A DNA stretch of 64,000 nucleotides, from positions 5,152,001-5,216,000 of the forward strand of contig OY970166.1 in NCBI GenBank assembly GCA_963706595.1, in the 5' to 3' direction. Of the stretch, positions 43,470 to 55,187 are shown in pieces. A model generated the notes under the pieces. The model did not search any database. It was given only the letters and a program-made list of their open reading frames with translations, and was not told the DNA's origin. This DNA is from an uncultured cyanobacterium. Its GTDB lineage: Bacteria; Cyanobacteriota; Cyanobacteriia; Cyanobacteriales; Nostocaceae. How positions within the stretch are numbered: the first letter of the stretch is position 1; each line of letters begins with the position of its first letter. Position numbers and translations under genes: made by a program.

Positions 43470-43530
43470 TTGCTCTACAAGACGCTGCATGAACGTCCCC
43501 AAATATTTTTTTTAGAAAATTTGACTTTAA

Positions 43531-43589
43531 CAACATTCTTGTTGTTAATTTAGCGTAAAATGAAAATAAATTAAACAACCCACAAGTTG
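43531..43589. promoter_or_regulatory. Two SufR boxes CAAC-N6-GTTG
   Basis: CAACATTCTTGTTG at 43531-43544 and CAACCCACAAGTTG at 43576-43589 in the sufR-sufB intergenic region. Confidence 0.85.
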
Positions 43590-43740
43590 TTTTAATCCCA
43601 AAGTCCTATTTTAACAGCCGTGTTACCAACTGGTTGCACGACAAGAGAAGAGGCTCAACCACAGCCCGTCTCCCATTCTTAAAGAGATTTCCGTAAACAG
43701 ATTCCACGATTCCAGTTCTGAACACAAGAGATTAATACCG

Positions 43741-45180
43741 ATGAGTGTCACTGCCAAAACCTTAGTCAACCAACCCTACAAGTACGGTTTTATTACAGAT
43801 ATTGAAGCTGATACTATCCCACGTGGACTAAATGAGGACGTTGTTCGCTTGATCTCCTCCAAGAAGAACGAGCCACAATTCATGTTAGATTTTCGCCTCA
43901 GATGCTATCGCCAGTGGCTCAAAATGACGGAACCAACTTGGCCGAGTGTCAAGTATCCAGCTATTGACTATCAGAATATTATCTACTATTCCGCGCCCAA
44001 GAAGAAGAAAGCCAAGCTCAACAGCTTAGATGAGGTAGATCCTACCCTGCTAGAAACCTTTGAAAAATTGGGTATTTCCCTCACTGAACAGAAGCGGCTA
44101 GCAAATGTGGCTGTCGATGCAATTTTCGATAGCGTTTCTGTTGCTACCACATTTAAGGACAAACTCGCCGAAGATGGAGTTATCTTTTGCTCAATTTCGG
44201 AAGCCTTACAAGAACATCCCGAACTTGTGCGGAAGTATCTGGGTAGTGTCGTTCCCGCAGCAGATAATTATTTTGCCGCTTTAAATGGTGCTGTATTCAG
44301 TGATGGTTCTTTTGTCTATATTCCTAAAGGCGTAAAATGCCCAATGGAACTATCTACATATTTCCGCATCAACTCTGGTGACACAGGACAGTTTGAACGG
44401 ACTTTGATTGTGGCTGAAGAAGGTAGCTATGTTTCCTACCTAGAAGGTTGCACTGCGCCGATGTATGACACCAACCAATTACACGCCGCAGTTGTGGAAC
44501 TTGTCGCCTTGGATAATGCGGAAATTAAATACTCCACTGTTCAAAACTGGTACGCCGGTGATGAAAAGGGTAAAGGTGGGATTTATAATTTCGTTACCAA
44601 GCGCGGTTTGTGTCAAGGTGTGAATTCTAAGATTTCCTGGACTCAAGTAGAAACAGGTTCAGCAATTACTTGGAAGTATCCTAGCTGTGTGTTGGTGGGT
44701 GATAATTCTGTGGGTGAATTTTACTCGGTGGCGCTGACAAATAATATGCAGCAAGCTGACACGGGTACGAAGATGATTCACGTTGGTAAAAATACTCGCA
44801 GTACGATTATTTCTAAGGGAATATCGGCGGGTAATTCTAGCAATAGTTATCGCGGTTTGGTGAAGGTGAATCCCACGGCTAAGGGTGCGAGAAATTATTC
44901 TCAGTGTGACTCGATGCTGATTGGCGATAATGCCCATGCTAATACTTTCCCTTATATTCAGGTGCAGAATAACGCTAGTAAGGTGGAGCATGAGGCTTCT
45001 ACTTCTAAGATTGGTGAGGACCAATTGTTTTATTTTGCTCAACGGGGTATTTCGCCGGAGGACGCTATTTCGATGATGATTAGCGGTTTCTGTAAGGATG
45101 TTTTTAATCAGCTACCTATGGAGTTTGCTGTGGAAGCTGACAAGCTTTTGAGTATGAAGTTGGAAGGTAGTGTTGGGTAG
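43741..45180 (+). CDS. sufB: Fe-S assembly protein SufB
   Basis: [32 protein letters not shown]. Confidence 0.97.
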   Translation: MSVTAKTLVNQPYKYGFITDIEADTIPRGLNEDVVRLISSKKNEPQFMLDFRLRCYRQWLKMTEPTWPSVKYPAIDYQNIIYYSAPKKKKAKLNSLDEVDPTLLETFEKLGISLTEQKRLANVAVDAIFDSVSVATTFKDKLAEDGVIFCSISEALQEHPELVRKYLGSVVPAADNYFAALNGAVFSDGSFVYIPKGVKCPMELSTYFRINSGDTGQFERTLIVAEEGSYVSYLEGCTAPMYDTNQLHAAVVELVALDNAEIKYSTVQNWYAGDEKGKGGIYNFVTKRGLCQGVNSKISWTQVETGSAITWKYPSCVLVGDNSVGEFYSVALTNNMQQADTGTKMIHVGKNTRSTIISKGISAGNSSNSYRGLVKVNPTAKGARNYSQCDSMLIGDNAHANTFPYIQVQNNASKVEHEASTSKIGEDQLFYFAQRGISPEDAISMMISGFCKDVFNQLPMEFAVEADKLLSMKLEGSVG

Positions 45181-45248
45181 TTGGTTTTAGAGGAACGAAC
45201 CGCCAAGCCGCCAAGGACGCAAAGAAAGAGAAGATAAGAGAAGAAAAG

Positions 45249-46031
45249 ATGATTATTGAAAATAGCGAAGTTGTGCTGTCTGTTAAGGGTTTGACGGCTA
45301 GTGTTGATGGGACTCCGATTTTGAAGGGTTTGGACCTTGAGGTTCGGGCTGGCGAAATTCATGCAATTATGGGACCGAATGGTTCTGGTAAGAGTACTTT
45401 TTCTAAGGTTTTGGCTGGACACCCGGCTTATGAGGTGACTGGTGGTGAGGTGATTTTCCAAGGTCAAAATCTTTTGGAAATGGAACCGGAGGAACGGGCT
45501 AGAAGCGGTGTGTTTTTAGCGTTTCAATATCCGTTGGAAATTCCAGGTGTGAGTAATCTGGATTTTTTACGGGTTGCTTACAATTCTCGCCGCAAAGCTC
45601 AGGGTTTGGAGGAGTTGGACGCTTTCGATTTTGATGATTTGATTGAGGAAAAGTTGGAAGTTGTAAAAATGAATCCGGCTTTTCTCAACCGTAGTCTGAA
45701 TGAAGGGTTTTCTGGTGGTGAGAAGAAGCGGAATGAAATTCTGCAAATGGCTCTGCTGGAACCAAAGTTGGGTATTCTGGATGAGACTGATTCGGGTTTG
45801 GATATTGATGCTCTGAGAATTGTGGCTGATGGTGTGAATCAATTGGCTAGTCCAGAAAATGCCACAATTATGATTACTCACTATCAACGTTTGCTCAATT
45901 ATATTGTGCCTGACTATGTCCATGTTATGGCTCATGGTCGCATTCTTATGTGTGGACGTAAAGATTTGGCGCTGGAATTGGAAGAGCGCGGTTATGACTG
46001 GGTTCTGGAAGGTGCTGAGGTGGGTGTGTAA
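45249..46031 (+). CDS. sufC: Fe-S assembly ATPase SufC
   Basis: [28 protein letters not shown]. Confidence 0.97.
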   Translation: MIIENSEVVLSVKGLTASVDGTPILKGLDLEVRAGEIHAIMGPNGSGKSTFSKVLAGHPAYEVTGGEVIFQGQNLLEMEPEERARSGVFLAFQYPLEIPGVSNLDFLRVAYNSRRKAQGLEELDAFDFDDLIEEKLEVVKMNPAFLNRSLNEGFSGGEKKRNEILQMALLEPKLGILDETDSGLDIDALRIVADGVNQLASPENATIMITHYQRLLNYIVPDYVHVMAHGRILMCGRKDLALELEERGYDWVLEGAEVGV

Positions 46032-47410
46032 TGACTATTCAAGTTTCTCCTAGTCCGGTTCCTAACTCGAATGCTGTGAGTTTGACTTCTACTCTGTTGG
46101 ATAAGGATAGTTATCTGACTGGGTTGTTAGATGAAGTTACTACACCACAAACAGCAGATTATTTCCAAGAAATACGCCAAGGTGCTGCTAATTGGGTGCG
46201 TCATTCCAGTATCCCCACTACTCGTGAGGAAGAATGGCGGTTTACTGATTTATCGGCGCTGCGTCAAGTGCAGTTTCATCTGGAAACACAATTAAAATCA
46301 GTTGATATTTCGGCTTTAACTTTACCAGAAGCTGTTAATAGTCGTTTGGTGTTTGTTAATGGTGTCTATGCGCCGGATTTATCCGCCGTTGCAGATTTAC
46401 CTTCTGGGGTTGTTGTCGGTAATTTGGCGGGTTTTTCTCGGTCTCAGCAAGAGCGTGTTAAACAGTTTTTAGCTCAAGCTGAGGGTTCACAGGAGGTTTT
46501 TACTGCTCTCAATACTGCTGGAATCTCTGATGCGGCGGTGGTTTGGGTGGCTAAGAATGTGATTGTGGAAACTCCTATTCACCTGTTGTTTGTTAATACT
46601 GCTGGTGAACAAGCGACGATTTCTCAGCCCCGTTGTTTGGTGGTGGCTGAAACTGGTGGTAGTGTGACTTTGGTGGAAGATTTTATTAACCACAGAGGCG
46701 CAGAGGACGCAGAGAATGAGGGGGTTTACCTCACTAATGCGGTTACGGAAATTTGGCTGGGTGAGAATGCTCAGGTGAGTCATACTAGAATTGAGCGGGA
46801 AGGTGCTGAGGCTTTTCATGTAGGGAAGACTGCTGTTACTCAAGCTCGTGATAGTCGATATACTTGTCATGCTTTGAGTTTTGGTGCTAAGTTATCGCGC
46901 CACAATTTAGAAATTCTGCAAACTGGCGAACAAACCGAAACGACTCTCAACGGTTTGACGATGATTTCTGGTAGACAGGTGGGTGATACTCACAGTGCGA
47001 TCGCACTTAATCATCCCCATAGTACCAGCACACAGTTACATAAGTGCATTGTAGGCGATCGCGCTCATGCAGTATTCAATGGCAAGGTGTTTGTGCCGAA
47101 AGCCGCGCAGTTAACAAATGCCGGTCAATTAAATCGCAATTTATTGTTATCATCAAAGGCCAGAGTTGATACTAAGCCTCAGTTGGAAATTACCGCCGAC
47201 AACGTGAAATGCGCTCATGGTGCTACCGTTAGTCAGTTGGAAGATGATGAAATCTTTTATCTCCAAAGTCGGGGAATTAACGAAGATGATGCGCGTAAGT
47301 TGTTAATTAATGCCTTTGCTGCGGAAATTATCAACCAAATCCCAGTCAAATCTCTGCAAACAGTCCTATTAAACACAGTTAATAGTCTCAAGTCTTTGAC
47401 TAATGACTAA
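46031..47410 (+). CDS. sufD: Fe-S assembly protein SufD
   Basis: EEWRFTD, VFNGKV, KPQLEITADNVKCAHGATV. Confidence 0.96.
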   Translation: MTIQVSPSPVPNSNAVSLTSTLLDKDSYLTGLLDEVTTPQTADYFQEIRQGAANWVRHSSIPTTREEEWRFTDLSALRQVQFHLETQLKSVDISALTLPEAVNSRLVFVNGVYAPDLSAVADLPSGVVVGNLAGFSRSQQERVKQFLAQAEGSQEVFTALNTAGISDAAVVWVAKNVIVETPIHLLFVNTAGEQATISQPRCLVVAETGGSVTLVEDFINHRGAEDAENEGVYLTNAVTEIWLGENAQVSHTRIEREGAEAFHVGKTAVTQARDSRYTCHALSFGAKLSRHNLEILQTGEQTETTLNGLTMISGRQVGDTHSAIALNHPHSTSTQLHKCIVGDRAHAVFNGKVFVPKAAQLTNAGQLNRNLLLSSKARVDTKPQLEITADNVKCAHGATVSQLEDDEIFYLQSRGINEDDARKLLINAFAAEIINQIPVKSLQTVLLNTVNSLKSLTND

Positions 47411-47548
47411 TAACTAATATTTCCTTAATGGTACAAACCCCCAGATTTATCTGGGGAATCAATCCCAAATCCTCAAACCTATAGATTTATCTGTGGAGTC
47501 AATCCAAAATCTAAAATCTAAAATCTAAAATTGTTTGACTAATTACCC

Positions 47549-48811
47549 ATGACTTTCACCCCTACCAAAACCCTAGCTGATAAAGTTCGCGCTGATTTCC
47601 CGATATTACATCAGGAAGTTAACGGGAAACCGTTGGTTTATCTGGATAATGCAGCTACTTCCCAAAAACCTTTATTCGTATTAAACATCCTGCGGGATTA
47701 TTACGAACAATATAATGCTAACGTGCATCGTGGCGCTCATACTCTGAGTGCTAAAGCTACTGATGCTTATGAAGGTGCGCGAGATAAAATAGCTAAATTT
47801 ATTAATGCTGCGTCACGTCAGGAAATCATCTACACCCGCAACGCCAGTGAAGCCATTAATCTGGTAGCTTACAGCTGGGGGATGAACAATTTGCAACCAG
47901 GGGACGAAATTATTATGTCGGTGATGGAACACCACAGTAATATTGTTCCTTGGCAACTTGTATCACAAAAAACGGGTGCGGTGTTAAAGTTTGTGGAATT
48001 GACACCAGAAGGAAGTTTTGATTTAGAACAGTTTAAAAACCTGATTTCTGACAAAACTAAATTAGTTGCTGTGAGTCATGTTTCTAATACTTTGGGTTGT
48101 ATTAATCCAGTAGCAGAAATTGCGAAGATTACTCACAAATATGGTGCAAAATTATTAGTTGATGGTTGCCAAAGTATACCTCATATGCCTGTGGATGTGC
48201 AACAAATCGACTGTGATTGGTTGGTTGCTTCCGGTCACAAAATGTGCGCTCCCACAGGCATAGGATTCTTATATGGTAAGTTGGAACTGTTAGAATCAAT
48301 GCCACCATTTTTCGGTGGTGGTGAGATGATTGCAGATGTGTATTTAGATCATTCTACCTACGCAGAATTACCGCATAAATTTGAAGCTGGGACTCCTGCA
48401 ATTGCGGAGGCGATCGCATTAGGAGCGGCAGTAGATTATCTTAGTAATATTGGCATGGATAAAATCCACGCCTACGAAGCCGAACTCACAGCGTATTTGT
48501 TCCAACAATTAGCGCAAATACCCCAAATTACAATTTACGGACCCAAACCCAACGCGAAGGGGGAAGGAAGGGCTGCATTAGCCGCATTTACAGCCGCAGA
48601 TGTCCACCCCAACGATTTATCGACATTATTAGACCAAGAAGGTGTAGCGATTCGTTCTGGACACCACTGCACTCAACCATTACACCGTTACTTAGGTTTA
48701 CCGGGAACCGCACGGGTAAGTTTATCTTTCTATAACACCCGCGAAGAAATTGATATTTTTATCACAGCGCTGAAAGAAACCCTGGACTTTTTTGCTGGTT
48801 TTCTTGCTTAA
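47549..48811 (+). CDS. sufS: Cysteine desulfurase SufS
   Basis: [25 protein letters not shown]. Confidence 0.96.
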   Translation: MTFTPTKTLADKVRADFPILHQEVNGKPLVYLDNAATSQKPLFVLNILRDYYEQYNANVHRGAHTLSAKATDAYEGARDKIAKFINAASRQEIIYTRNASEAINLVAYSWGMNNLQPGDEIIMSVMEHHSNIVPWQLVSQKTGAVLKFVELTPEGSFDLEQFKNLISDKTKLVAVSHVSNTLGCINPVAEIAKITHKYGAKLLVDGCQSIPHMPVDVQQIDCDWLVASGHKMCAPTGIGFLYGKLELLESMPPFFGGGEMIADVYLDHSTYAELPHKFEAGTPAIAEAIALGAAVDYLSNIGMDKIHAYEAELTAYLFQQLAQIPQITIYGPKPNAKGEGRAALAAFTAADVHPNDLSTLLDQEGVAIRSGHHCTQPLHRYLGLPGTARVSLSFYNTREEIDIFITALKETLDFFAGFLA

Positions 48812-48823
48812 AGATTAGGTGGG

Positions 48824-48916
48824 TATCGGTATGCACTTGAATGAAGTACATCATAGCCCCCTCCTCGCTTGCGGGGAGGGGGTTCTTGTATCTCACTTAA
48901 CTGAATAACCGCCATA
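48824..48916. mobile_element. MITE family A copy (reverse orientation)
   Basis: Reverse-complement match to 61575-61668. Confidence 0.8.
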
Positions 48917-49009
48917 ATTCCCACCTTTTTGATATTTAGCGCTAAGTCCCATACTGCAAAACAGAGAGCAAATTTAATTTAAAGGTAAAAAACAACGGAC
49001 AGTTTTTTT

Positions 49010-49498
49010 GATGAACTAGGTGAATTCAGTCAAGTTGAAGAAGCTATTGGTGAATTAGATGGTAAGACCAAAACATTAGTCACATTGGGTGATGATGAAG
49101 CTTATATGAGTATTGGCGGTGGTAATTCAGGAAAATATGTTGTTACTGCAACTTTAGATAATGAGAGTTTTTATACTCTTTTACATCAGCCCAAATACGA
49201 TATCAAGACTTCTATATCTTCTAAAAATCAAATCAGTGTACTTCATTTCTATAATGAATTAACAAAACAAAGAGATAATCTAGACACTCATAACGATAAA
49301 GTCATTTTTGTTTCACCTAAATTCTCAAAATCTAAGGATACAGAAGAATTAGTAGTTGGAGGTCAAGCAGGTAATTATCCTGTAAAAATGTGTGTTGATT
49401 TACTCGAATGTTTACTAGCTGCAATCACATTTGCTGAGTCAGGTCAACTTGAACCTTCATTGACTTGGAAAGAGGATGAATCTTTAGTTATGGTGTAA
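49010..49498 (+). CDS. Imm1-like immunity protein, possibly 5'-damaged
   Basis: VEEAIGELDGKTKTLVTL..YMSIGGG..VVGGQAGNYP..AAITFAESG; similarity extends upstream of the first available start (TTG 49085). Confidence 0.55.
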   Translation, partial: DELGEFSQVEEAIGELDGKTKTLVTLGDDEAYMSIGGGNSGKYVVTATLDNESFYTLLHQPKYDIKTSISSKNQISVLHFYNELTKQRDNLDTHNDKVIFVSPKFSKSKDTEELVVGGQAGNYPVKMCVDLLECLLAAITFAESGQLEPSLTWKEDESLVMV

Positions 49499-49534
49499 TA
49501 TCAAGTCCGATTGTCATGGAATAAATATTGTAAT

Positions 49535-50167
49535 ATGCTTGCCCAGTCAACGCTTGCTGAACAAAGAACGGTTTTACATAACGTAAGCTGGGAAACCTTT
49601 GAAGCCTTGCTGAGAGATACAGGTGAGGATAGAGGTTCTCGGCTTGCTTATGACTGCGGTACTTTAGAAATCATGACCCCACTTTTTGAACATGAAAATG
49701 CTAAAAGTAATTTTGGCAATTTTATTATTGCTTTAGCTGAAGAATTAGATATTGAAGTCAGAAGTGCTGGTTCCACAACACTGAAGAGACGATTAGCAAA
49801 TCGAGGTATAGAACCAGATAATTGCTATTATATTCAAAATGAACCAGCTATTAGAGGTCAGGAAACACTAAATTTAGAAACAGATCCTCCCCCTGATTTA
49901 GCCATTGAAATTGACATTACCAGTAGTTCAGTTAATAAATTGGGTATTTATGCAGCGTTGGGTGTTACTGAATTGTGGAGATATAACGGACAAGATTTAA
50001 AATTTTATCATTTGCTAGAAGGGCAATATATTGAGTCTAGCTTTAGTATTGCCTTCCCCCTAATTTCAGTTAGTGATATCAGCCGATTTATGCAGCAGAT
50101 TAAAAACATGGGTAAAATTGCTTTATTGAAATCCTTCCGTGTTTGGGTGAAGACGAAAATACAGTAA
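49535..50167 (+). CDS. Uma2 family endonuclease-like protein
   Basis: VSWETFE, LEIMTP, EPDNCYY, PPDLAIEID, LGVTELWRY. Confidence 0.92.
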   Translation: MLAQSTLAEQRTVLHNVSWETFEALLRDTGEDRGSRLAYDCGTLEIMTPLFEHENAKSNFGNFIIALAEELDIEVRSAGSTTLKRRLANRGIEPDNCYYIQNEPAIRGQETLNLETDPPPDLAIEIDITSSSVNKLGIYAALGVTELWRYNGQDLKFYHLLEGQYIESSFSIAFPLISVSDISRFMQQIKNMGKIALLKSFRVWVKTKIQ

Positions 50168-50195
50168 TTAAATAGCAATTTATCTGCATCATTGA

Positions 50196-50239
50196 TTACG
50201 AATTACGAATTACGAATTACGAATTACGAATTACGAATT
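50196..50239. repeat. STRR (TTACGAA)n
   Basis: About 6 copies. Confidence 0.9.
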
Positions 50240-51304
50240 AGTAGATTTACCCTCCTGATATTGCATAGCTTTAGCATAATCACCCAAGGCTTTACAAGTG
50301 AATATCAACTTAGCTAGGGCTTGTTTTTCCATGCGGGAATCTTTAATTTTTCTGGCTAACAGCAAACGTTCTTCATAATATTTAATTGCTTTTTTATAGT
50401 CGCCCAAGGCTTCACAAGCAAACCCTAGACTGCTAAGAGATTGTTCTTCGCTACGCGTATCTTGAAGTTCTTTAGCCAATTGTAAACGCTCCTCATAATA
50501 GAGAATGGCTTTGCCATAATTGCTTGTCGCACAGCAAGCATTACCCAAGTTTTTGAGTACCTGAGAAACAGTGCGAAGACGGTTAAGTGAGCGTGCTATT
50601 CTTACACATCTTTCATAGTGAGCGATCGCTTGCGGGTAATTGTCCAAAGCATAATAAGCATTACCTATATTCTTCAGGACTTGTTCCATACCCCAATTGT
50701 CTTGGAGTTCTTCAACAATTTCTAAACTTTGTTTTTGATATTCAATTGCTTGTGCAAATTTACCCTCAGCTTTATACACCAATCCCAAATTATTTAAAGC
50801 TGCCACCTGACTTCGCTTATTTGATACCTGAAGAGTAAGTTTTAAACACTTTTGCAGATACTTAATTGCCTGTTTATAGTCGCTCAGGTGGCGGTAAGCA
50901 TTACCCAAATAAGAAAGTGCTTGCATCTGGATCGATAAGTCTTTGCTAACCTGTTCCAAAGCTAGACACTGCTGGGCATAAGCAATTGTGCTTTGATAAT
51001 CACCTGAACTATAGGTAATAAGTGCTAAAAAAGAAAGTGTCTGTTCCTGGTGTTGTACGTCACCCACAGCCTGAAACATCTCTAGGGCTTGTTTTAATGA
51101 CTTTAAAGCCGCTATTAATTCCCCAGCTTCTTGCTGTTGAACTCCTTGATACAGTAACTTGGATGCTTCCGATAACTGGCGATCGCTTACCTGTGGAAGT
51201 ACAATTTCCCCCAAAGAATTCTGGTCAAATTCATGGGTAATAGTATCGGGGATGATTTTTTTAAACGTCTTTTTGAGACTATGCTGAAATTCACCGTTAG
51301 ACAT
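50231..51304 (-). CDS. TPR protein
   Basis: Repeated LGNAY..AI.Y motifs. Confidence 0.85.
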   Translation of the reverse strand: MSNGEFQHSLKKTFKKIIPDTITHEFDQNSLGEIVLPQVSDRQLSEASKLLYQGVQQQEAGELIAALKSLKQALEMFQAVGDVQHQEQTLSFLALITYSSGDYQSTIAYAQQCLALEQVSKDLSIQMQALSYLGNAYRHLSDYKQAIKYLQKCLKLTLQVSNKRSQVAALNNLGLVYKAEGKFAQAIEYQKQSLEIVEELQDNWGMEQVLKNIGNAYYALDNYPQAIAHYERCVRIARSLNRLRTVSQVLKNLGNACCATSNYGKAILYYEERLQLAKELQDTRSEEQSLSSLGFACEALGDYKKAIKYYEERLLLARKIKDSRMEKQALAKLIFTCKALGDYAKAMQYQEGKSTNS

Positions 51305-51547
51305 CGACCAATTCCTGTTAACTTTTGTGATAAACCTAGTGTTCCCAAAACCGCAGTTTTCCTTTCATACATGAAATAACAGGGAGATGTCTAATGCAAA
51401 GAATCCTTGAACCAGAAGTTATGGATACCTGGGAATACGGCTTCTGCACAAGAGGCGATCGCCTTGGATTTGAGAGAGAGAACAGGGGCTGATATTGGAT
51501 GCTGGGACGGAAACTGGTGGGATTCCGATGTTAATCTGTCAGAAGTT

Positions 51548-51850
51548 TTATCTATTCATTGGTGTTTTGCTACTCCAAACCTGTTCAAATTCGGCTTTGG
51601 TAATACCGAACTCTTGAATATCTTCTTCACCTAAAGGTTTATCACATAACATTCCATGATTATCTGCAAAATGGCTACCATCGTAAAATAATACGTTGCC
51701 ATTTTCGTAAACTTCTATTTGTCTGACAGCACATAAATCATAGCCAACTTCCATGAAATAGGTGCTTGTACCCCAAGTATCATACTCGCCGCCAAGGGAT
51801 TCATCCCAGAACCATTTACAATATTTCTTTAACTTTCTTGATAGAGACAT
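51548..51850 (-). CDS. Small acidic/aromatic hypothetical protein
   Basis: 100-aa ORF, RQIEVYENG..ITKAEFEQVW, AGGAG RBS upstream. Confidence 0.65.
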   Translation of the reverse strand: MSLSRKLKKYCKWFWDESLGGEYDTWGTSTYFMEVGYDLCAVRQIEVYENGNVLFYDGSHFADNHGMLCDKPLGEEDIQEFGITKAEFEQVWSSKTPMNR

Positions 51851-52405
51851 AATTTCTTTACTCCTATAAAGGATTGCTACCTTCAAGCTACTCTACGAGA
51901 ATATGCTTTTCGTATGTCTAGACGAGCTGAATCTTGAAAAGTTAAGTGCAGCAAAATGCTCTAACAAGTTAACGCACTACAAAAACTCAATGGCTATCAA
52001 GAATACTTCTACGCCTTGAGAATGCTTTTCTCTGCATAACTGCTTACAACATCTGCAAAAACTAGCATTAATAGCAATAATTTTATTTTACCCTAATCTT
52101 GCCTAACTGTGGACATAACAATCCTGAAGTATTTCTCATAATTATAGTATAGTCACTGAACAAAATCCCGAAAATTGGTTTTAAATATTCCAAAGCTATA
52201 GGAATCATATCTAATTTGCTTTCCACCGAGAGGCTCAAATCCCCTACTTCTTAGAGAAATCAGGAATCTTTGGTTTCATAACTTATTTAATATTACTGTA
52301 TTGATGGGTAAGATTTTCAATATTTGCTGATTAGATATGAAAAGTATAGTTTCCCTCACATCTTTCTAAAATTCACATTTGTCTAGCAAGTATTTCTAAT
52401 AAACA

Positions 52406-54277
52406 TCAGTTATTTGATGGATTTATCTGTGTTTTTATCGGCAATTTAATGATAAATTCAGTACCTTGTTGCAATTCTGAGATTACTTCAATTTTACCTT
52501 TGTGTTTGTCAATTATTTGATAACAAATACTTAAACCTAATCCAGTCCCTTTACCTACTGGTTTAGTGGTAAAAAAAGGATTAAATAACTTATGTAAAAT
52601 TTCTGGTGGAATTCCCAAACCGTTATCTTTAATTCTGACTTGGATATAATTAACATCTAACCTGAATGTGTCTATATTAATCTGTTTGTCTGTTTGATTT
52701 TTCTGTTCTATCAGCACATCTATAGCGTTACTTAAAATATTCATAAATACTTGATTTAATTGAGCCGGATAACACTCAATTAAAGGTAAAAACCCATAAT
52801 TTTTAATTATAGCTATTTCATCGTTGATTCTATGATTAAGAATTAGCAGGGTATTATCAATTCCTTCGTGAATATTTACTTCCTTCATCGGGGCTTCATC
52901 TAGGCGGGAAAAATTCCGCAAAGATAAGACAATTTCCCGAATACGTTGAGCGCCCATTTTCATGGAATTAAGTAGGCTTGGTAAATCTTTAATGACAAAA
53001 TCTAAATCTATTTCTGCGGTTTTTTCAGCAATTATCAAACTGGGTTTTGGGTATTCTTCCTGATATAAATTTATTAAATTTACTAAATCTTGAATATAGT
53101 CATTAGCATGTTGAATATTGCCATAAATAAAGTTAACTGGGTTATTTACTTCATGGGCTATACCTGCTACCATCTCTCCCAAAGAAGACATTTTTTCTGT
53201 TTGAATTAATTGTCCTTGGGTTTCTTTCAAATCTTGGAGAATTTTTTGCAGTTCCTGAGTGCGTTCTTCTACTCGTTGCTCTAAATTATGGCGTGCTAAT
53301 TCTAATTCTTGAGTGCGTTCTTCTACCCGTTGCTCTAAATTATGGCGTGCTAATTCTAACTCTTGTGTATAGTCTCCTACCCACTCAACTAATTGATTCA
53401 GGGAAGTAGCGAGAGTCCCAACTTCATCATGACTATTGATATTAGCTCTAAGTTTAAAATTTGATTCTTGCGTAATTCTGATAGCAACTTTAGTCACTAA
53501 TTCTAAAGGACGAGCAATTAATCTACTGGTGTATATTGCCAATGCTGCGGCGATTATACCTGACAGCAACATACTACTGATAATAACTTGTATCCGCAGT
53601 TTTTGAGCTTGTTCAAAGCGAGTATGTGCTTGTTGTTTTTGAATGTCGGCATAACCTATAATCCGAATTAACTCATCTGAAAGTTGATCGAATTTTACAT
53701 CGACATTAGCTTGCTCTTCTTTCTTAAGTAAAATTATTAAATTTGTATAGTTAGAGTTAACTTTTTCTCCAGCAAAGCTATTTTCTTCTACTTCTTTCCA
53801 GAAAGTTTTAACTATTTTAGTATATGTTTTTGTGGTAATATAATAGTTTTTTAAAAGATAGTTAAGTTCTGTTTTATTTATGACTAAATCATCAGAATAA
53901 TTATTAACAAATACTTGGGCTTCATGCAAATTTTCATTAACTATGATTAGTTGATTTTGAAATAAATTCTTTTCAAATTCAAACCAAATTGAATTTTCTA
54001 AAACAGTAGCTAAACGTTGTGGATGTAGCCTGATTCTAGTTACTGAATTTTCCAGATTTTTTAACAGATTTTCCTGCTGATAAGATAGATTTAATTGCTT
54101 ATAGGCATTTGTTTCATTGTTGTATGCAAGCCTCAACCCACTGATTGTACCGATAAAAAAAATGCCAATTGCTAAAGTATAGCCATAACTAATTTTCTTG
54201 GCAATATTCCAGCGATCGCTTAAGTGCTTTAGCCAAATAATTCTTTTTTTAAATTGATTTTTATACTCTGTAATCAT
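52406..54277 (-). CDS. Membrane HAMP sensor histidine kinase
   Basis: Two TM segments, [36 protein letters not shown]. Confidence 0.92.
   Translation of the reverse strand: MITEYKNQFKKRIIWLKHLSDRWNIAKKISYGYTLAIGIFFIGTISGLRLAYNNETNAYKQLNLSYQQENLLKNLENSVTRIRLHPQRLATVLENSIWFEFEKNLFQNQLIIVNENLHEAQVFVNNYSDDLVINKTELNYLLKNYYITTKTYTKIVKTFWKEVEENSFAGEKVNSNYTNLIILLKKEEQANVDVKFDQLSDELIRIIGYADIQKQQAHTRFEQAQKLRIQVIISSMLLSGIIAAALAIYTSRLIARPLELVTKVAIRITQESNFKLRANINSHDEVGTLATSLNQLVEWVGDYTQELELARHNLEQRVEERTQELELARHNLEQRVEERTQELQKILQDLKETQGQLIQTEKMSSLGEMVAGIAHEVNNPVNFIYGNIQHANDYIQDLVNLINLYQEEYPKPSLIIAEKTAEIDLDFVIKDLPSLLNSMKMGAQRIREIVLSLRNFSRLDEAPMKEVNIHEGIDNTLLILNHRINDEIAIIKNYGFLPLIECYPAQLNQVFMNILSNAIDVLIEQKNQTDKQINIDTFRLDVNYIQVRIKDNGLGIPPEILHKLFNPFFTTKPVGKGTGLGLSICYQIIDKHKGKIEVISELQQGTEFIIKLPIKTQINPSNN
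53256..53363. repeat. 54-bp in-frame duplication in the kinase signalling helix
   Basis: ELELARHNLEQRVEERTQ x2. Confidence 0.9.
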
Positions 54278-54296
54278 GCATTTGTCTTTAACTTGA

Positions 54297-55187
54297 TTAG
54301 AGAAAACTTCCCTGGCCTATTTTTTGATAAACTTCACGAATTATATTGTAATCAGCATCATTAGCTGGGAGAAATTTGGCTCCTCGATAAGGTTGGTTAA
54401 CTGGAGCAACTAGCAAACTTTCAAGGAGTTTATCTTGATGTTTCAGCATCTGCGATCGCACATTTTTTATCGTGTTATTATCCAACTTGTTATTCATCAC
54501 AAACACATCACTAGGAAGCAGTTTTCCTTGAGCGATTACAGAAAAATCTTTCTCGGAGAAACCTTCAGATTCTAAGGCTGTTTTGTATCGATCAGATGCA
54601 ATTGTCCAAGCATCTACCTCACCTTTCTTTAAAGCTTGGATTCCCTGATCACCTAACATCAAAATCTTGAGATCAGTATTTGGATTTAATCCCGCATCTA
54701 TCAGCATCTTGGTCGGAGCCAAATGTCCAGAAGTCGAACCAATTCTTCGCATAGCAATTGTTTTGCCTTTCAGTTGAGCTAATGATGCAATTTTGCTATC
54801 AGCACGGACAACAATCATGGGATAATAATTAAGCCGTTGGATAGCAATGAGCGGAATAGCCTGAGCGCGAGAATTGAAAATTACGTATTCTGACGGACCA
54901 GCCAAGACAATATCTACTTGACCAAATTGTAATGCTGGTGCTGCTGCTGTGCGATTTTCCACGGGAAAAAATTCAATGGTTATGCCCAATACTTCTGCCA
55001 ATGTAGTGCGAAAGGCTCCATAACCGCGCTGTAAATCTTCAAGACCAGTAGCATCTGCAACTGCAAATTTGAGACTTTTAGATGTGGAGTTTTCTAAGTT
55101 AAACAAACTAGTATCCACAGGGCGAACGCCGATTGTACAACCGCCAATGAACAGGACAAAATTACCAACTAATTTGCGCCTTTTCAT
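54297..55187 (-). CDS. PhnD-like phosphate/phosphonate-binding protein
   Basis: AGPSEYV, LKGKTIA, GSTSGHLAP; N-terminal RR..GC signal. Confidence 0.8.
   Translation of the reverse strand: MKRRKLVGNFVLFIGGCTIGVRPVDTSLFNLENSTSKSLKFAVADATGLEDLQRGYGAFRTTLAEVLGITIEFFPVENRTAAAPALQFGQVDIVLAGPSEYVIFNSRAQAIPLIAIQRLNYYPMIVVRADSKIASLAQLKGKTIAMRRIGSTSGHLAPTKMLIDAGLNPNTDLKILMLGDQGIQALKKGEVDAWTIASDRYKTALESEGFSEKDFSVIAQGKLLPSDVFVMNNKLDNNTIKNVRSQMLKHQDKLLESLLVAPVNQPYRGAKFLPANDADYNIIREVYQKIGQGSFL

Noticed and set aside
51407..51634. 75-aa plus-strand ORF
   Set aside because: No recognisable family and overlaps the convergent ORF; at most a remnant
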